From: Gracilinanus agilis
Lineage: Eukaryota
DNA: 64,000 nt
NCBI RefSeq assembly: GCF_016433145.1
Contig: NC_058132.1
Span: 408,732,356 to 408,796,355, forward strand
Reading direction: 5' to 3'
Part shown: positions 39,533 through 53,219 of the stretch, piece after piece
Layout: each line of letters starts with the position of its first letter
Numbering within the stretch: the stretch's first letter is position 1
Position numbers and translations under genes: made by a program
Notes under the pieces: model-generated
What the model saw: the letters and a program-made list of their open reading frames with translations, nothing else
Told to the model about the DNA's origin: nothing
Database searches by the model: none

Positions 39533-39785
39533 TGGGGGCACACAGCTAGGAGGCACAGTGGATAGAGCACGGGACCTCAAGTAAGGAATGCCTGAGTTCA
39601 AAACTGGCCTCAGATACTAACTGTAGGACCCTGGACAAGTCACTTGATCCTGTTTGCTTCCGTTACATCATACATAAAATGAGCCAGAGAAGGAAATGCC
39701 AACCACTCCAGCATCTTTGTCAAAAAACCTCCAAACAGGGTCATAAAGAGTCAGACAGGATTGAAATAGTTACACAACAACAAAA
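39533..39785 (+). mobile_element. MAR1-type CORE-SINE with RTE-derived tail
   Basis: tRNA-like head, CORE, tail gaaggaaatgccaaccactccagcatctttg...agtcagacaggattgaa...caacaac. Confidence 0.8.
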
Positions 39786-40526
39786 GATAATTTACTGCAA
39801 TTATCTTCAAGTTATAGTTCATAAAGACATAGCCCATATTCACATCCGTCTCTCCTACATGAATAGCCACAGGCAGGTTTATTCTCTAATCTCTTAAAAG
39901 TGAACAGTACCTCACAGTAAGCAACCACCATATCTAGAGGGATCACCAAAAGCCTGAAGGTCAATCTGGGTTCAAATTGCTCTATAATACTCATCCCCCA
40001 CTTCAGCTAGATCATTCTGTTCTAATCCAGCCTGACTACAATGGTTCTGGACTGGATCTAATTCTGACCAGTCTTCTAATAGTTTGATATTAGAACAAAA
40101 TGAGATTCACGTAGGTTATTCAGCAGTTAACAAAAAAAGATTACTTGCTCATAGTAGGAAAGGACATTCAACAAGGATATGCATTTGTATGACTCTAGAC
40201 AAAGTCAGGATCCTGTTTGCCTCAGTTTCTCATCTCTGTCAAGTAAATCTAAAATGAGGCCACAAAGAGTGGGTCATGAATGACATGACTGAACAACATT
40301 TTGTAAGAAATTATTCCATAAGAGTCAGAGGAAGAAATGAATAATTGTGGATGCTTCTTCCCTGCTGAGCCCAACCAATAGTGCTACTTGATCTGTTAAC
40401 TGTCTTCCTTCACTTTGGGGAGTAACCTTATAGTTTTTGCCTAGTTTTCAGTATACAAAAGTCCTTCCAGTGGTATTCCAGTAAATGTTGAACGATTGAC
40501 TTCTAAAAAGAAAGAAAAAGGCAAGG

Positions 40527-40720
40527 CAGCAAGGCAGCTCAGTGAATTGAGAGCCAGGCCCAGAGACGGGTGGTCCTGGGTTCAAATCTGACCTCAGACA
40601 CTTCCTAGCTGTGTGACCCTGGGCAAGGCACTTAACCCCAATTGCCTAGCCCTTACAACTCTTCTGTCTTAGAACCAATACATAGTATTGATTCTAATAT
40701 GGAAGGTAAGCGTTTAAAAA
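40527..40720 (+). mobile_element. SINE1-type SINE
   Basis: Head, CORE and tail ggaaggtaagcgtttaaaa. Confidence 0.8.
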
Positions 40721-40973
40721 AAGAAGAAAAAAAAAGTATATCTGGCACTTGAAAAAAAAAAAACAAGCATATGCATTGAAGACACTAGAATTTGTTTAAT
40801 CAACTGAGTGTAATTCCCTTACTTGAGATGCCCCTTTCGGTCCACCAGCCAATCAGCAGAGCAAGCCAGGGGCTTCTTGAAGATGTTTTGTATGTAGATT
40901 ACTAGAAGTGATGTTCATAGTATGAGCCTTTAGTCGCCTGAGCCAATAAAGTATTGAAGATGATTTCAGAAAC

Positions 40974-41085
40974 TTTTTTTTAACCCTTACCTTTCATCTT
41001 GGAGTCAATACTGTGTATTGGCTCCAAGACAGAAGAGTGGTAAGGGCTAGGCAATGGGGGTTAAGTGACTTGCCCAGGGTCACAT
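40974..41085 (-). mobile_element. SINE1-type SINE, 3' half
   Basis: Poly-T, aacccttacctttcatcttggagtcaatactg, CORE. Confidence 0.8.
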
Positions 41086-41129
41086 TCAGATACTTTCTAA
41101 GGAAAAACTTGCCTAACCTCAAAGGTGAA

Positions 41130-43100
41130 AAGGATAGGATATTACTTCCATCACGGTACATACCCAATCTACTGCCAAAGCTTGTGGTTTCTACTTTTTC
41201 AAAATCCTTCTACAAAAACCACTCAGTTCAGGTCCTCATCACCTCTCACCTGGACTGTTACCATAAAGTTCTAATTCATCTCCATGCCGTTAGTCTTTCT
41301 CCACTTCAATCTATCAAAGTGGTGTTCCTAAAGTGTAGTTCTGACTGTATTGGTTCCCTACCCAATAAACTCCAAAGACTCCTACTTCCAGGATCAAATA
41401 TAAAATCCTTTGTTTAGTATTTAAAGCCCTTCACAGTCTGACTCCTTCCAATCTTTCTAGTTTTCTTATATATCACACCCTGCCATTTACTCTATGATGC
41501 TGCCACACTATGATGCACTCTTGTTCTTCATGACACTCCATCATCTGATGCTATGTTTTTGTCCTGGCATCTCCCAGCTTTTCCTTCTTACTTCCACCTC
41601 TTAGTTTCCTTAGACTACTCAAATCTCATCTTCTTTAGGAAGACTCCAGGGAGAGGCTGTACACCAGGGAATCGGAGATCTCAGACCCATGCAGGAATAT
41701 CCAGGAAACTGAATATTGAATGTTCATATCTTTGGACCATTTATCAATTGGAGAATAGCTCTTATTTCTATAAATCTGACTCAGTTTCCTATATGTTTTT
41801 GAGAAATGAGGACTTTATCAAAGAAAGTTCCTGTAAAATATTTTGATATTAGATTTTTTGACTGATGCATCTTACTGCTAACCCATAACAGGCTTATAAA
41901 ACCCACTAAACCTTTTCTAGGAGAAACACTGTCTTACCATGCCTCTTCCATTTTATACTTATGAAGTTGATTTCTTTGGACCTAACTGCAATACTTTCCA
42001 TCTATCCCTATTGAATTTCATCTTGTTAGATTCAGCCTAAATTGTTTGCCCCAGGTCTGAAGTTCAGAGAGGTTAAGGGATTTGACCCAGACCACACAAG
42101 CCATAAGCAGCAGAGAAAGGATCCAAGTCTTACACTCCAGTCATTGCTTTTGTCATTGTATTATTACACTTCCATATAATTGTTGAGGCAAACAGCATCC
42201 AATTTCAGTTGTCCCTGGAATCATCTTTGACTTTTTTCTTTCCTTCATTATTTATATCCATTTATCTGCTAGGTTTCATCTATTTCTGACTCCAATAAGG
42301 AGACACTCACATGGCTACCACTCTACTTCAAGCCCTCAGGACTTCTCACTGGGATCATAGAAATAGCTTCCTTATGGGGTCTACCTCTTTCTAATCTCTC
42401 CCTCCTACAATTCATCTTCTACATAGCAGCCAAAATAATCTTTCTAAAACATAGATCACATATTGCTCCCTTGCAAAAAAAAAATATCAGAGGTTTCCCA
42501 TTTAGTCTAAAATACAAACTTTTTAGCTTGGCACTGAAAGTTCTCTCCATTATGACTCAGAATAGAACAACTAGACCTACAATGTTCCAGGCACTATGAA
42601 CAAGCAACTTAGTCTTCACAACAAACCTATGAGCTATTATTATCTCCATTTTATAATTGAGGACACTGGGGAAACAGAGGTTAAGTGACTTGTCCAGAGT
42701 CACATAGTGTCTGAGGCTAAATTTGAACTGAGATCTTCCTTGACTTCAGGCCCAGCCCTCTATCCATTTTGACACCCACCCACTTTCCCTGCTTTATTTT
42801 CCAGCCAAATTGGCCTAATATATGTTCTCCACCCCTAACATTCTATCTGCCACCACCATGCTTTTGCAAAAGCTGTCCCTCTATACCTGAAACATATTCC
42901 TTCTTCACTTCTGTTTTATAGAATGTCTACTTTCCTTCAAGATTCTACTCAGAGCCCATCTTCTGAACAAAACTTTTCCTGACACCTTAGAATTCTCACT
43001 CTCCTCCAATTATCATATATTCACACATTTGTGGACATATTCCAACCCCCTCCTCACCAAATAGAAGTTCCTTAATGATAGGGACTGCTCTGTTTTTGTT
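41130..43100 (+). mobile_element. L2 LINE fragments (with interleaved MIR and CR1 pieces)
   Basis: LITSHLDCYHKVLIHL-type L2 RT remnant in ORF 41013-41417; similar motif near 42330. Confidence 0.65.
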
Positions 43101-43149
43101 TCATTTTCTCTAGACCCTGCTGTTGTATGACTGCAAGTTGTGAAACATC

Positions 43150-43500
43150 GCTGTCTTGGAAGAATTAAAATTGAAAATGATCTGAAGACCAAAGGAAAGA
43201 CATTGCAAGATCAAACAGGTTTTAACATATTAGAAACAAAGAAGAGATAAAGAAAGTCACTGAAGAAATACAAAAGCCAAAAATAAGGTGGTATGGTCAC
43301 ATGACAAAAGTGAGGACTAGACTGAAACTTCTCAAAATGAAGACAAAGTGAGGAAGCATGTTGGCTGAACCTTCTGTAGTGAATAAATAGGAAGGCATGA
43401 ACAGGTAGCATGAGATGGGCCAACATGCACGAGTTGTAATTTGCGTCATGTTCAACTTGATAATATCAACACTCCAGTTGATTGTGTATTTGAATATCTT
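43150..43500 (+). mobile_element. RTE LINE 3' fragment
   Basis: RTE C-terminal-like aaggtggtatggtcacatg and tail gggccaacatgcacgagttgtaatttgc. Confidence 0.5.
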
Positions 43501-46500
43501 CAGAATCCAGTACAGTCCCTTGCACATAGCAGGTAGTTGACAAGTGCTTGTTTAATTAAATTGAATCAAATTATGTGACTTGCTCTCAGCTGAAGTAAGT
43601 AAATAAAGAGAGTCAGGACTTTCAATCCATGCTTTTCTGATTCCTTGTCTAAAACTCTTGCTACTCCTAAATGGTTATCCAGATATTCTTGGAAGGGAGA
43701 ACACATTAATTAAATCCCTTCCTGAGAAGTGTTTTTTGTAAGAGAGGAGAGGGAGTATAACCACTGGATACCTGAGGGGTGGCAGGAATAAGAGGAATCA
43801 TGGTGGAAATGGGAGAGCAGAGAAAGGAAAGAAACAGTTGGCTAGGGATGAAGGGCAGAGTTTAATGGAAAGGATGTTCAACTTCATCAAGAGAAACCTG
43901 GGATCCAACACTCGATTGCTATGTGATCATCACTGAGCTGAATTTTCTCATCTGTAAATGAGAGAAAGGAAGGAATGGAAAAAGCATTAAATTCTGAGCC
44001 AAAGTATCAGAGTTTAAGCTTCAACTCTGCTATTCATTACTCATCTAAGTTTTCTTATCTGTCAAATGTTCAGATTGGATCTCCTTTCCAACTCTAAATT
44101 TATGATTTGATATTTGTTGTAGTCTTTTTGTATGACTATTTTAAGGATGTGATATGATGGTTCATATAAAATTGTTTTATGTCTCTTAAATCACTATATG
44201 TCAACTTTTATTTGGGTGGCCTAAGGAAAAAACTAAGTACATCATTTCTCTGTTTTCCTTTCCCTTCTTTCCCTTTCGGGTATAGAGAAAGGATAAGAGC
44301 TAATTCCCTTCAGGGTATAAAGAGCACAGTTATCACAGAATTTTAGAGTTGGAATGAACCTTGAACACTCCTCTCAGAACAAAAGAAAAATTTCGAGTGG
44401 GAAGTCAGTGAGGCATAATGAATAGACTTGGTCTTGGAATCATGTAGCCTTGGGCTTAAGTCAAGAGCCTGACACATAGTAGTTATATGACTCAGGGCAA
44501 AATTTTAATGTCTCGATACCCCTAAATGACTGTCTAAGGCTATAAGTTGCTGATCTACATTGTTCCTGGGAGTTCCTTGATGAGGTGTTCCCTACATTAA
44601 TGGAACCATAGATCTGGACCTACCCCAAGAGAAACAGAATTGAGACATATCTCTCTAACTCTTTCACTGGCTACTGAACCCTTCCTCTCCTTCCCCAGCA
44701 TTTAATTCAGTGGCAATTACTTATAAGAACTCAGTAACTGATGCTGCATTAAACCAACTTCATTTAATGGCAGTCTTCCTCAGGGTACTAAAGAAACCAC
44801 TCACCACCAGAGAAAGTATGTTGCTAAAATGTGTGCCATTAGTTCCCTGCTTTTCCCAGAGATCAAACCTCTCATCTCTGAGAAACAATCGGGACAAGGC
44901 ATGAGAGTAACACAGTGGATGAGCCCTGCAATATTCCAAGCTGATAACTCTTAATTATCTAAATTCTATTTCTCCAACAGTTCTCTTTCAGGAAGAAAGG
45001 GAAAGAGTTGGGAAACAATTCTTTCCTTAACTGCTCTCTGGAAAGTCTTCAGACTGCCTGTTTCTTTCCTCCTGGTGGTCTAATCTGGAGTCAGCTCCAG
45101 CCACGAACTATTAAAAATGGCTAAGAACTTCAAGCCAAAAGGGAAAACAACAGGTGAGATTATGAACAGTCCCCTTCTGTGTCTACAACAGGGTGTCTAA
45201 CTGGCCAAACGGAGGGGGTGCTTTGACTTAGAGAACCTCCTGCCTTTGCAGGTGTTTTAGGGACTTGGCCACAGTGCTTCAGTGACCCATATTTTATTAC
45301 CTTTCGGGTTTCTATAATTCATCATTCATTCCTTTCTGAAAACATAGAATGAAAGTTGAGCAGCTCAGTGCCCCTGTCTCTTTCCATTCTCTCCCCTAGT
45401 ACATTCGGCTTGTTTGTTCTCTTTCATTCCAGTTCTTCCTGTCGCATTTTGCCCATTCAATAGAGAAATAGTGAAACCGGATGGCTGGATTCAGTACAGG
45501 GAAATGACTTCAGAGCTACCTTTGTTTTGCCCCCTCATTTCTTTGAGCACACTTGGCTGTGGGTCTCTATGAAAGGGCTTGTTTAAACCATTTGGAACAT
45601 CCAGTAAGCAAAAGATGCATAAGCCAGACTCACTCACATCTTTTCAGGNNNNNNNNNNNNNNNNNNNNNNNNNNNNNNNNNNNNNNNNNNNNNNNNNNNN
45701 NNNNNNNNNNNNNNNNNNNNNNNNNNNNNNNNNNNNNNNNNNNNNNNNNNNNNNNNNNNNNNNNNNNNNNNNNNNNNNNNGCATTTGGCTTCAGCTACTA
45801 ACTTCAGGAAGGTTCAAAAAATATTTTTGTTCTGCAGAAAACCAGCTCTTGAGACATCAAGGGATATGCGCTAATTTTCATGATTTTTAAATGAATGGAA
45901 ACATTTTTCCTCACTGAAATACCTTTATTTCCCTTCTCTTTCTCCACATACCAATCTTGCATTTATTTTTGCCGTGAATTAAGTGATCTCCTATCTCCTT
46001 AGAAAATAAAGTCACATACTTCTCCCCTGAAAAAAAACTAATCTCAAAAATTATTTTGATGTTTTCTTTAAATAGTATGAACATAGAAATAGAGTCAACA
46101 AAGGACTATATTCAGAAACTAATTTTCATAAAAATATAATAATATTTATGAAGGTGATATGTAGCATTTTAGCTAGGAGTGTCTAGAAGAGGGACAAATA
46201 TAATCATTTTTGTTTTAATACCCCAAAAAAAAAGTCAGCCCATCTGCTGATCTTTACTCTGTCAGTGATCTTAAGTCAAACTCTTGTTTTAAACACATAC
46301 ATAATAATACAGATCTTGCTTAGTAACACAAAAACAACCACTATCTCTAGATTTTAGAATACAAGGAAGGGTCATATTCATGATGAAGTAGAAAAAATTC
46401 TGTCTTCAGGGTCATTGGGTCAAGTCTAACTGTGCCCACTTATGGTGTCACCTTGGACAAAACTCCCAGGGCCTCGGCTTCCAAAAAATGAGAGAGATGT

Positions 46501-48224
46501 GCCAGACAAACTTTAAGTTTGCTCTCATTCTAAATCTAGGATTCTATGATTGTCTGTCTTTTATCCAGGACTGGATGGAGAAAACTCTCTATTTTTCTCT
46601 TATACACTGTAGAAATAGACTTGCTTGTAGTTTTCAAATAACCCTTTAACTAATGTACATACTTCAACTGACCCTTTGGAAGGAATTGAAATTAGTAGAC
46701 TTTCCAATTTGCCCAACATAAATTTTCACTCTCTTTGGACCGTTTGCAAGTCTGATTTGTAATACGAAAAGGAACTCACACAACTGAAAACCAGTAACTG
46801 ACAAAATGCAGGGCTACTTAATTAAGAGTTCACTTCCATTCAAAGGTAGACCAAGAGTACTAAGAATCAAGGGCACTTTGCCATTCTCCCACTTTAAAAG
46901 ATGCTAAAATCTCATCAAGTTCTAAAATTTGATGGGTGAGTCTTCGCCCTTTAATGAAAACTTCTTTCAGTAAAATATCCACCTGTTTCTCTATGTCCTA
47001 TAGTTAAAGTTTCCATAGACAAAAAGCTAACCTAGCATCTAAATTATTAGGGAATTAAGAAATGTTATTTGAATAGACTTAGGGCAAACAATTTAAATAA
47101 AATATTTTACATTGTTTCTCCCATTCCAAGTGGTGTAATAATGTTTAATGTCTATTGGATAATTTAAGACTTCTAAAGAATTTTTACTTTCTTAGATGAA
47201 AGTAGAATTGTTTTAAAAATTAACAACATTCCATTACAATTTTGAATTTTGGCCAGACTAAGAAAGGCAATCTAAATGGTGGGGGAGAGTTAGGAAGGAA
47301 TAATATGGAGGGGAGATATTAGAGTTGCTTGGCCTTTTCAGAGACACAGTCCTTCCTTTTTTATTTGAAACCTAAGGTGGACAAGAACTATAACTAAGGC
47401 ACTAATACCACCAACCACGAACTACTACCCTCCCCACCCACCCCCAACACTACAAGTCTTCCATTCTCTTTAATCTTGGAAGTTCAAAGTTCCTTGGCCA
47501 AAGCTGGAGGGAGAGCGGAAAGAGGAAGTACTTTAACTTTCTTTGCAAGGAAAAAAAAAAAAAAGGAAAAACCGACAGGCCATCTCCTTTGAGGTGAAAA
47601 GTAGGCACACAACAGCATTTAGGCAAAAACAACAGTGGTTGTTATGGTGGATGTGAGGAACTGAGAAGCAATGCGTCTAGTACATGAGGGCCCAGCAGCT
47701 GCTTACAGCTACACAAGGCACATGGAGCATCTCTGTCAGTGGCCACAGACTGGTCTTTAACTCCTGTCAGCTGTCACACTGTATGTTCCCTGGAAGCACA
47801 GGGCATATACAGGAGAGACCTCCTGCCTCTCTTGTTCTCTCACCTTGGCTCAACTTTCCCATCCAGAAGTTGCTGCCATCTGGGTTATGCTCCACCCCAT
47901 CCCCTAAAAGAGTTTGTTTCAAACTTCCTCAGATGTACTCTCATTCAGTTCTCTCAGATAGTGAGTCCCCTCCCCTCACTCAATTCCTAGCTCAATTCAT
48001 CCAACCTTGGCCTCACCAGTACCCTGGACCCATTCCATCTTCTATTTCACATAAGCTGCCTCTGCCAAAGTTGTATCAATCGCATCAAATACTTCCTTTG
48101 CCCCTGTGTCTGCCTGTATAGCCAAGTTCTGTTGGAAAAGAAATTGAAGAGCCCTGTGCTCTAATGCTACAGCTTTTCTTTGATTTCTGGATGAGTATGT
48201 ACCAACTTCCAGGCATATAGTCTC

Positions 48225-49250
48225 TCAATCAATCATTCAACAAGCATTTATTGAGTGCCTATGTTCTATATTTATTGAGGCAATGTGCTAGACAATGGGA
48301 TACAAATGCAAAGAACAAAACAATCCTTATTCTCAAAAATATTACATCAGGAGAAATAAATAAGTATATAAATTATATATATGTATATATATATATATAT
48401 ATATGGTGAGCTGCATGGTGCAAAGGAAGAGAGACTATGAGGTAGAAGTGAGGAAGGAATGTATTCTGGGCCAATTCAAAAATAGAGAGAGCAGGGATGG
48501 AATGTATGTGAGAAAGAAAGACTAGTTAGGCTGGATTATAACTGTGGAAAGGGAGTAATATCTAAGGAGGCTGAAAAGGGAGCTAGGTTGTGAAGGGTTT
48601 CAGTTGAAGGTGTTATACTTTATCCTAGAGCTGTGGTGGCAAACCTATGGCACACATACTGGGGGGGAGGGGCACTCAGAGCCCTCTCTGTGGGTATGCT
48701 CACCATTCCCCCAGCACAGAGTTTTCCGGAGTTCCTTACTTGAAAGCCAGAGGGATGCCAGGCCAGGCTGCTCCCCTCTCCCTCTCCACACACACACACC
48801 TGAAGACATCACCCTCCCCTCTAAAAGATTCACCATCACTGTCCTAGAGGCAATGGGAAGCCACTGGAATTGATTGACTATTTACTAGGGACTCACATGA
48901 CCAAATCTCTGTTTAAGGAAAATTACTTTGGCAATAGTAGAATGGATGGTCTGGAGTAGTGAGAGAATTGAGAAAGACCAATTAAAAGCCCCTTACAATA
49001 ATCCAGGTGACCAGTGATGAAGACCTGAACTAAAATAATAGCTATATGAATAGAGAGAAGGGGTCTGGCACGAGAAAGGTTATGGAGTTAGAAATGATAA
49101 AATCTGGCAACTGACTGAATACCTGAGGTGAGGAAAAGTAGGGAGTTAAGGATAATGCCAAGGTTCTGGCATTCTAAATAATGGTGCCTCTGACAGGAAT
49201 AGTAAAGTTAAGAAAAGGGGAGGATTTGGGGAGAATGATAATGGATTCTT
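48225..49250 (-). mobile_element. L2 LINE 3' region
   Basis: rc L2 tail tcaatcaatcattcaacaagcatttattgagtgcc followed by purine-rich L2 body. Confidence 0.7.
48631..48841. mobile_element. Non-autonomous hAT transposon (MITE)
   Basis: TIRs ctgtggtggcaaacct and agattcaccatcactg; perfect 8-bp TSD tcctagag at 48623-48630 and 48842-48849; inserted in an L2. Confidence 0.9.
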
Positions 49251-50107
49251 TCCATTAGTTTTGACATAGAGAAGCCCAGAGAATGGATGGAGGGAAGGGT
49301 TCTAGCTCTGACTGGAGTGGGAAGGAGGAAAGCAGGGGGAAAGGTTCTGTTCCCCAAACTGAGATAATTAAGTAAAAGAATCTCAGTCAAGTTGATTAGC
49401 TTTTTAAAAATGAAAAAGCCTTAAGAGAGTTTATAGAGTTATCTAGTCCTGGACCCTAGATCATGTTATTTCCCCATAGCATTAACTCTTTATTATCCCT
49501 CCAGGGAACTTCAACCACAGAATTTTTATTATTTACCACTTTCTCAACCTTGGCTTTCCTGGAAAACTTAACTGCACACTCTGATTACCTTGGACTTTAC
49601 TGTCCTCAGAATCTATTAAGGTAGATTGGGCTCAGAAGGCTGCTGTGACAAAATCCTTACTCCTCATCTTCATGCCCAGTTTCAGCATTTATTTCTGTCT
49701 TTCACCTCTTATCCCAGCAACTATATACTCCTAAAGGCAACATTCCATTTTCTAGAATTTATTCAGAATTCAGTTCAACAAATATTTAAGTACCTACTCT
49801 GCAAAGCACCTCTTAGGAGCAGATGCCAAGAATCACACTACTTATTGCGTGTTTATTATGAAAAAGAGTTTGTTATAGTAGAACATAATGTCTATTTGCA
49901 GACTGTTTCACAATATGGTGTCTCCCATTCATACACCAAAATAATTCAAGATACTTTGAAATAAAGAATAGTAACTTTGTTTAATGGCTTCTGATCATAT
50001 ACGAATGAGGCATAAAACAAGATGTATGTCTGCTATTATGATGGACGAGATCCAGCACAGAGTCCAAGTTGAAGGGAGATTCCCTTTGACAGGAAGGTGC
50101 TCTAGAC

Positions 50108-50283
50108 TAGAGGTGTCAAACACATATTCCTAAATGTTGCCCAAACTAGATTAAAATATAATTGGGAAATATTTTAAATAAATGAAAATGCTAATGTTAA
50201 TATGAAGTTTTCTAAGTCAATATGCAGTCCAAAAAGGAACCTTATAGCTTTAAGACGATTTCTATTCGACTTTGACACCACTG
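50108..50283. mobile_element. Older hAT-Charlie-type MITE
   Basis: Ends tagaggtgtcaaac and tttgacaccactg; degenerate 8-bp flanks ctctagac and atctaaat. Confidence 0.7.
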
Positions 50284-50318
50284 ATCTAAATGTTCTTATT
50301 TGTGGATGATATGCCAAA

Positions 50319-51364
50319 TGTATTAAGCCACAGAACCTCCTAGCAGCGAATTATTATTATTCAAAGCAGTTTGGCTTAATCACCTATCTAAGAAGAAAGA
50401 CCAAGTAGATGGCATTTGTATGGACAAACTGCAGAGTTTATCCATCAGCACATATAAGTACTGTAAGAAGCAAAGCATTTTGGAACTGTGAGAGATGGAA
50501 CACAGGAGGAGACAAAAGTGACAGTTGGGCTGATGCGAAGACTTCTGGGAAAAGATCCAACTGAACACTTAAGCTTTGGAGTTTATGGCCCAGGAGGAAG
50601 GTGGGTTTGGGGGGGCTCTGGGACCCACAAAGTGAAATCTGGAGAGTTTCCTTAGACCTTCAGTGAAGATTGATCATATCCCTTGATCTCTATTGGTTCC
50701 TGATCACACTGGAAATATACAAGTTTCTTCAGTTTGGCCAGGGTCTCGGGGGCCAACCCCTGAGACCCACAAATATTGCCTTGGCCCTTCATTATCCTCT
50801 TTAGTTTAGTAACAATTCTAGCTATAGGAGTGTTATTTGGGGATTGGGTCAGAGAAGCTGTGGATTTGGGGAATGCAGAAGAACCTCTGCAGGTACCCTA
50901 CTGAAGGACTGAGAGGGGATTTAGGGAATACCTTGTACCCCTTTTCCTAAGAAACCCATCATATTTCCCTTGATTATTTTGTTCCTGTAATAAACCCTAA
51001 AAGTTTGATTTAGTCAGATCAGAGTGAACTCAATTGGTAGGAGGCAGTGTGGGTTGAGGGAGGAAGGAAAGCAGACCTCCATTTTTAAACCTGATTCCAG
51101 TGGGGTATTTCTGGGGGAGGCTTCAGTGTGCACTGCCTGGCATGAACATCTTACTGGGGGTCACACTTGTTTCCCCTGAAGGAGAAGACATTCATTTAAC
51201 TTCTCTACCCTGGCAGGAATGTCCAGGGATACCCAATTTTCCAAGAAACCCCATTTTTGTCTCCTAGTAAGAAGGGGGAGCTATGAGGGAGAAGAAGCCC
51301 TTAAACATCAACCTAAGGGGTTATCCACTACACCCCAATCTTCCTGATCACCCCTCTTCTTACA
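50319..51364 (+). mobile_element. Probable solo LTR
   Basis: TG...CA ends, AATAAA near 50989, LTR-like composition; no convincing TSD. Confidence 0.4.
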
Positions 51365-51395
51365 GTACATATGTGTGTGTTTATATATGTATGTA

Positions 51396-52184
51396 CAGGC
51401 ATACCTTGAAGATATTTCAGGTTTGGCTCCAGCCTACCACAACAATAGAAATATCTCAATAAAGTAAGACACACAAAATTTTTGGTTTCCCAGTGCATCT
51501 GAAAGTTGTGTTTATACTAGATTATAGTCTATTAAGTGTGCAACAGTATTGTGTCTGAAAAAATGTGCATACCTTAATTTAAAATACTGTATTGCAAAAA
51601 AAAAACAAAGTTTACATCATCTGAGCCATCAAGTCATAATCTTTCCTGGTGGAGGATCTTGCCTTGTTGCTGATGGCTGCTGACTTGTGGGTGNNNNNNN
51701 NNNNNNNNNNNNNNNNNNNNNNNNNNNNNNNNNNNNNNNNNNNNNNNNNNNNNNNNNNNNNNNNNNNNNNNNNNNNNNNNNNNNNNNNNNNNNNNNNNNN
51801 NNNNNNNNNNNNNNNNNNNNNNNNNNNNNNNNNNNNNNNNNNNNNNNCTGAGGAAAGTGAGTCAGAGGAGCAATCAGAACATACATAACATTCATTGATT
51901 AAGTTGGCTGTTTTATATGGGAGCAGTTTGTGGCACCCCAAAATAATTACAATAGTAATTATGATCACTGATCACAAATTATCATAACAGATGTAACAAT
52001 AACAAAAACATTTGAAATATCATGAGAATTACCAAAATGTCACCAAGAGACATGATATGAGCAAATGCTGTTTAGGAAAATGGTTCTAATAGATTCGTTC
52101 AGATAAGGGTTGTATCAAACCTTTGATTTATGATTTTTTAAAAAAAGCAATATCTGGAAAGATCAATAAAATGAGGTGTGTCAA
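51396..52184 (-). mobile_element. Tigger1-like Tc1/mariner transposon, internally deleted (spans a gap)
   Basis: TA then caggcataccttgaagatatttcaggtttggctccag at the left; gcaatatctggaaagatcaataaaatgaggtgtg at the right; both resemble recalled Tigger1 termini. Confidence 0.8.
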
Positions 52185-53010
52185 TATTTATGTATGTATG
52201 TTAAAAAGTACAGATGGAGGATTAAAAGTCAATTGGAAACTAAAAGAAAATACAGGATTGGGCAGAAGGAAGAGAGCTGGTCATATTTACCTTCAAGAAA
52301 TGACAAAGCTCTTTTAATGATTCCAAGTTTCCATGAAAACAAAGGTCCACATTTTTATACAAACTAGGTTAAAGGTTTTATACAATCTAGGTTAAAATGA
52401 AGTTTACTAAGGTGAGAGTATGCTTCAGAGGGCAAGAGATAGTACTTAGTTGGATTGCCATAAAATAGGAGAAGTCAAAGAGGAAAGTAGACAACAACTC
52501 TGAATACCAGGGGATGGGGGAGCTGGAGATTGAAGTTTGCCAGTAATTAGACTAGGGAAATAGTAATTGGTTATAATAATTGCTTTAACAGAATGGAGAA
52601 TGGAAAGGATGGTGGCAGCAATGGTCAAGAAGGCATAGTGGTATTCATATAAATATTGTGCCTCTTAAATTCTCACACTGGTAGGAAATTGCAGGTACCC
52701 TGGTATAGTGGAAAGAGTATACAGCTTAGAAAAACTTTGATTTGAATCCAAGTCTGAAACATGTTGGGCAAATTGCTTAACCTCTCTGAGTATTACATTC
52801 CTCATCTATAAAATGGAATAACAAAACTGTAGTACCTTCCCATAAGGGTTGTCATGAGCATTAAATGAGGTGAATAAAAATATGAAAAGGCATTGAGTAA
52901 GCAATTATCTTGTGCAAAGTATAGTACTAAGCACTGGGGATATAAATAGAAAAGCAATACCATCCCAGTTCTTATAGAATCACAAAATTATAGAAATTAA
53001 GAGTTTAAAG

Positions 53011-53202
53011 CAGTGATTCCCAAAGTGGGCACCACCGCCCCCTGGTGGGTGCTGTAGCTATTCAGGGAGCTGGTGATGGCCACAGGTGCATTGGGGGACA
53101 GTGAATAATTGTAAGGGGGAAGTGATAGTATGTGACAGGGGACGTTAAGTAATATTTTTTCTGGAAAGGGGGCGGTAGGCCAAAAAAGTTTGGTAACCAC
53201 TG
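53011..53202. mobile_element. Non-autonomous hAT transposon (MITE)
   Basis: TIRs cagtgattcccaaa and tttggtaaccactg; perfect 8-bp TSD gtttaaag at 53003-53010 and 53203-53210. Confidence 0.9.
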
Positions 53203-53219
53203 GTTTAAAGAGACCTCAT

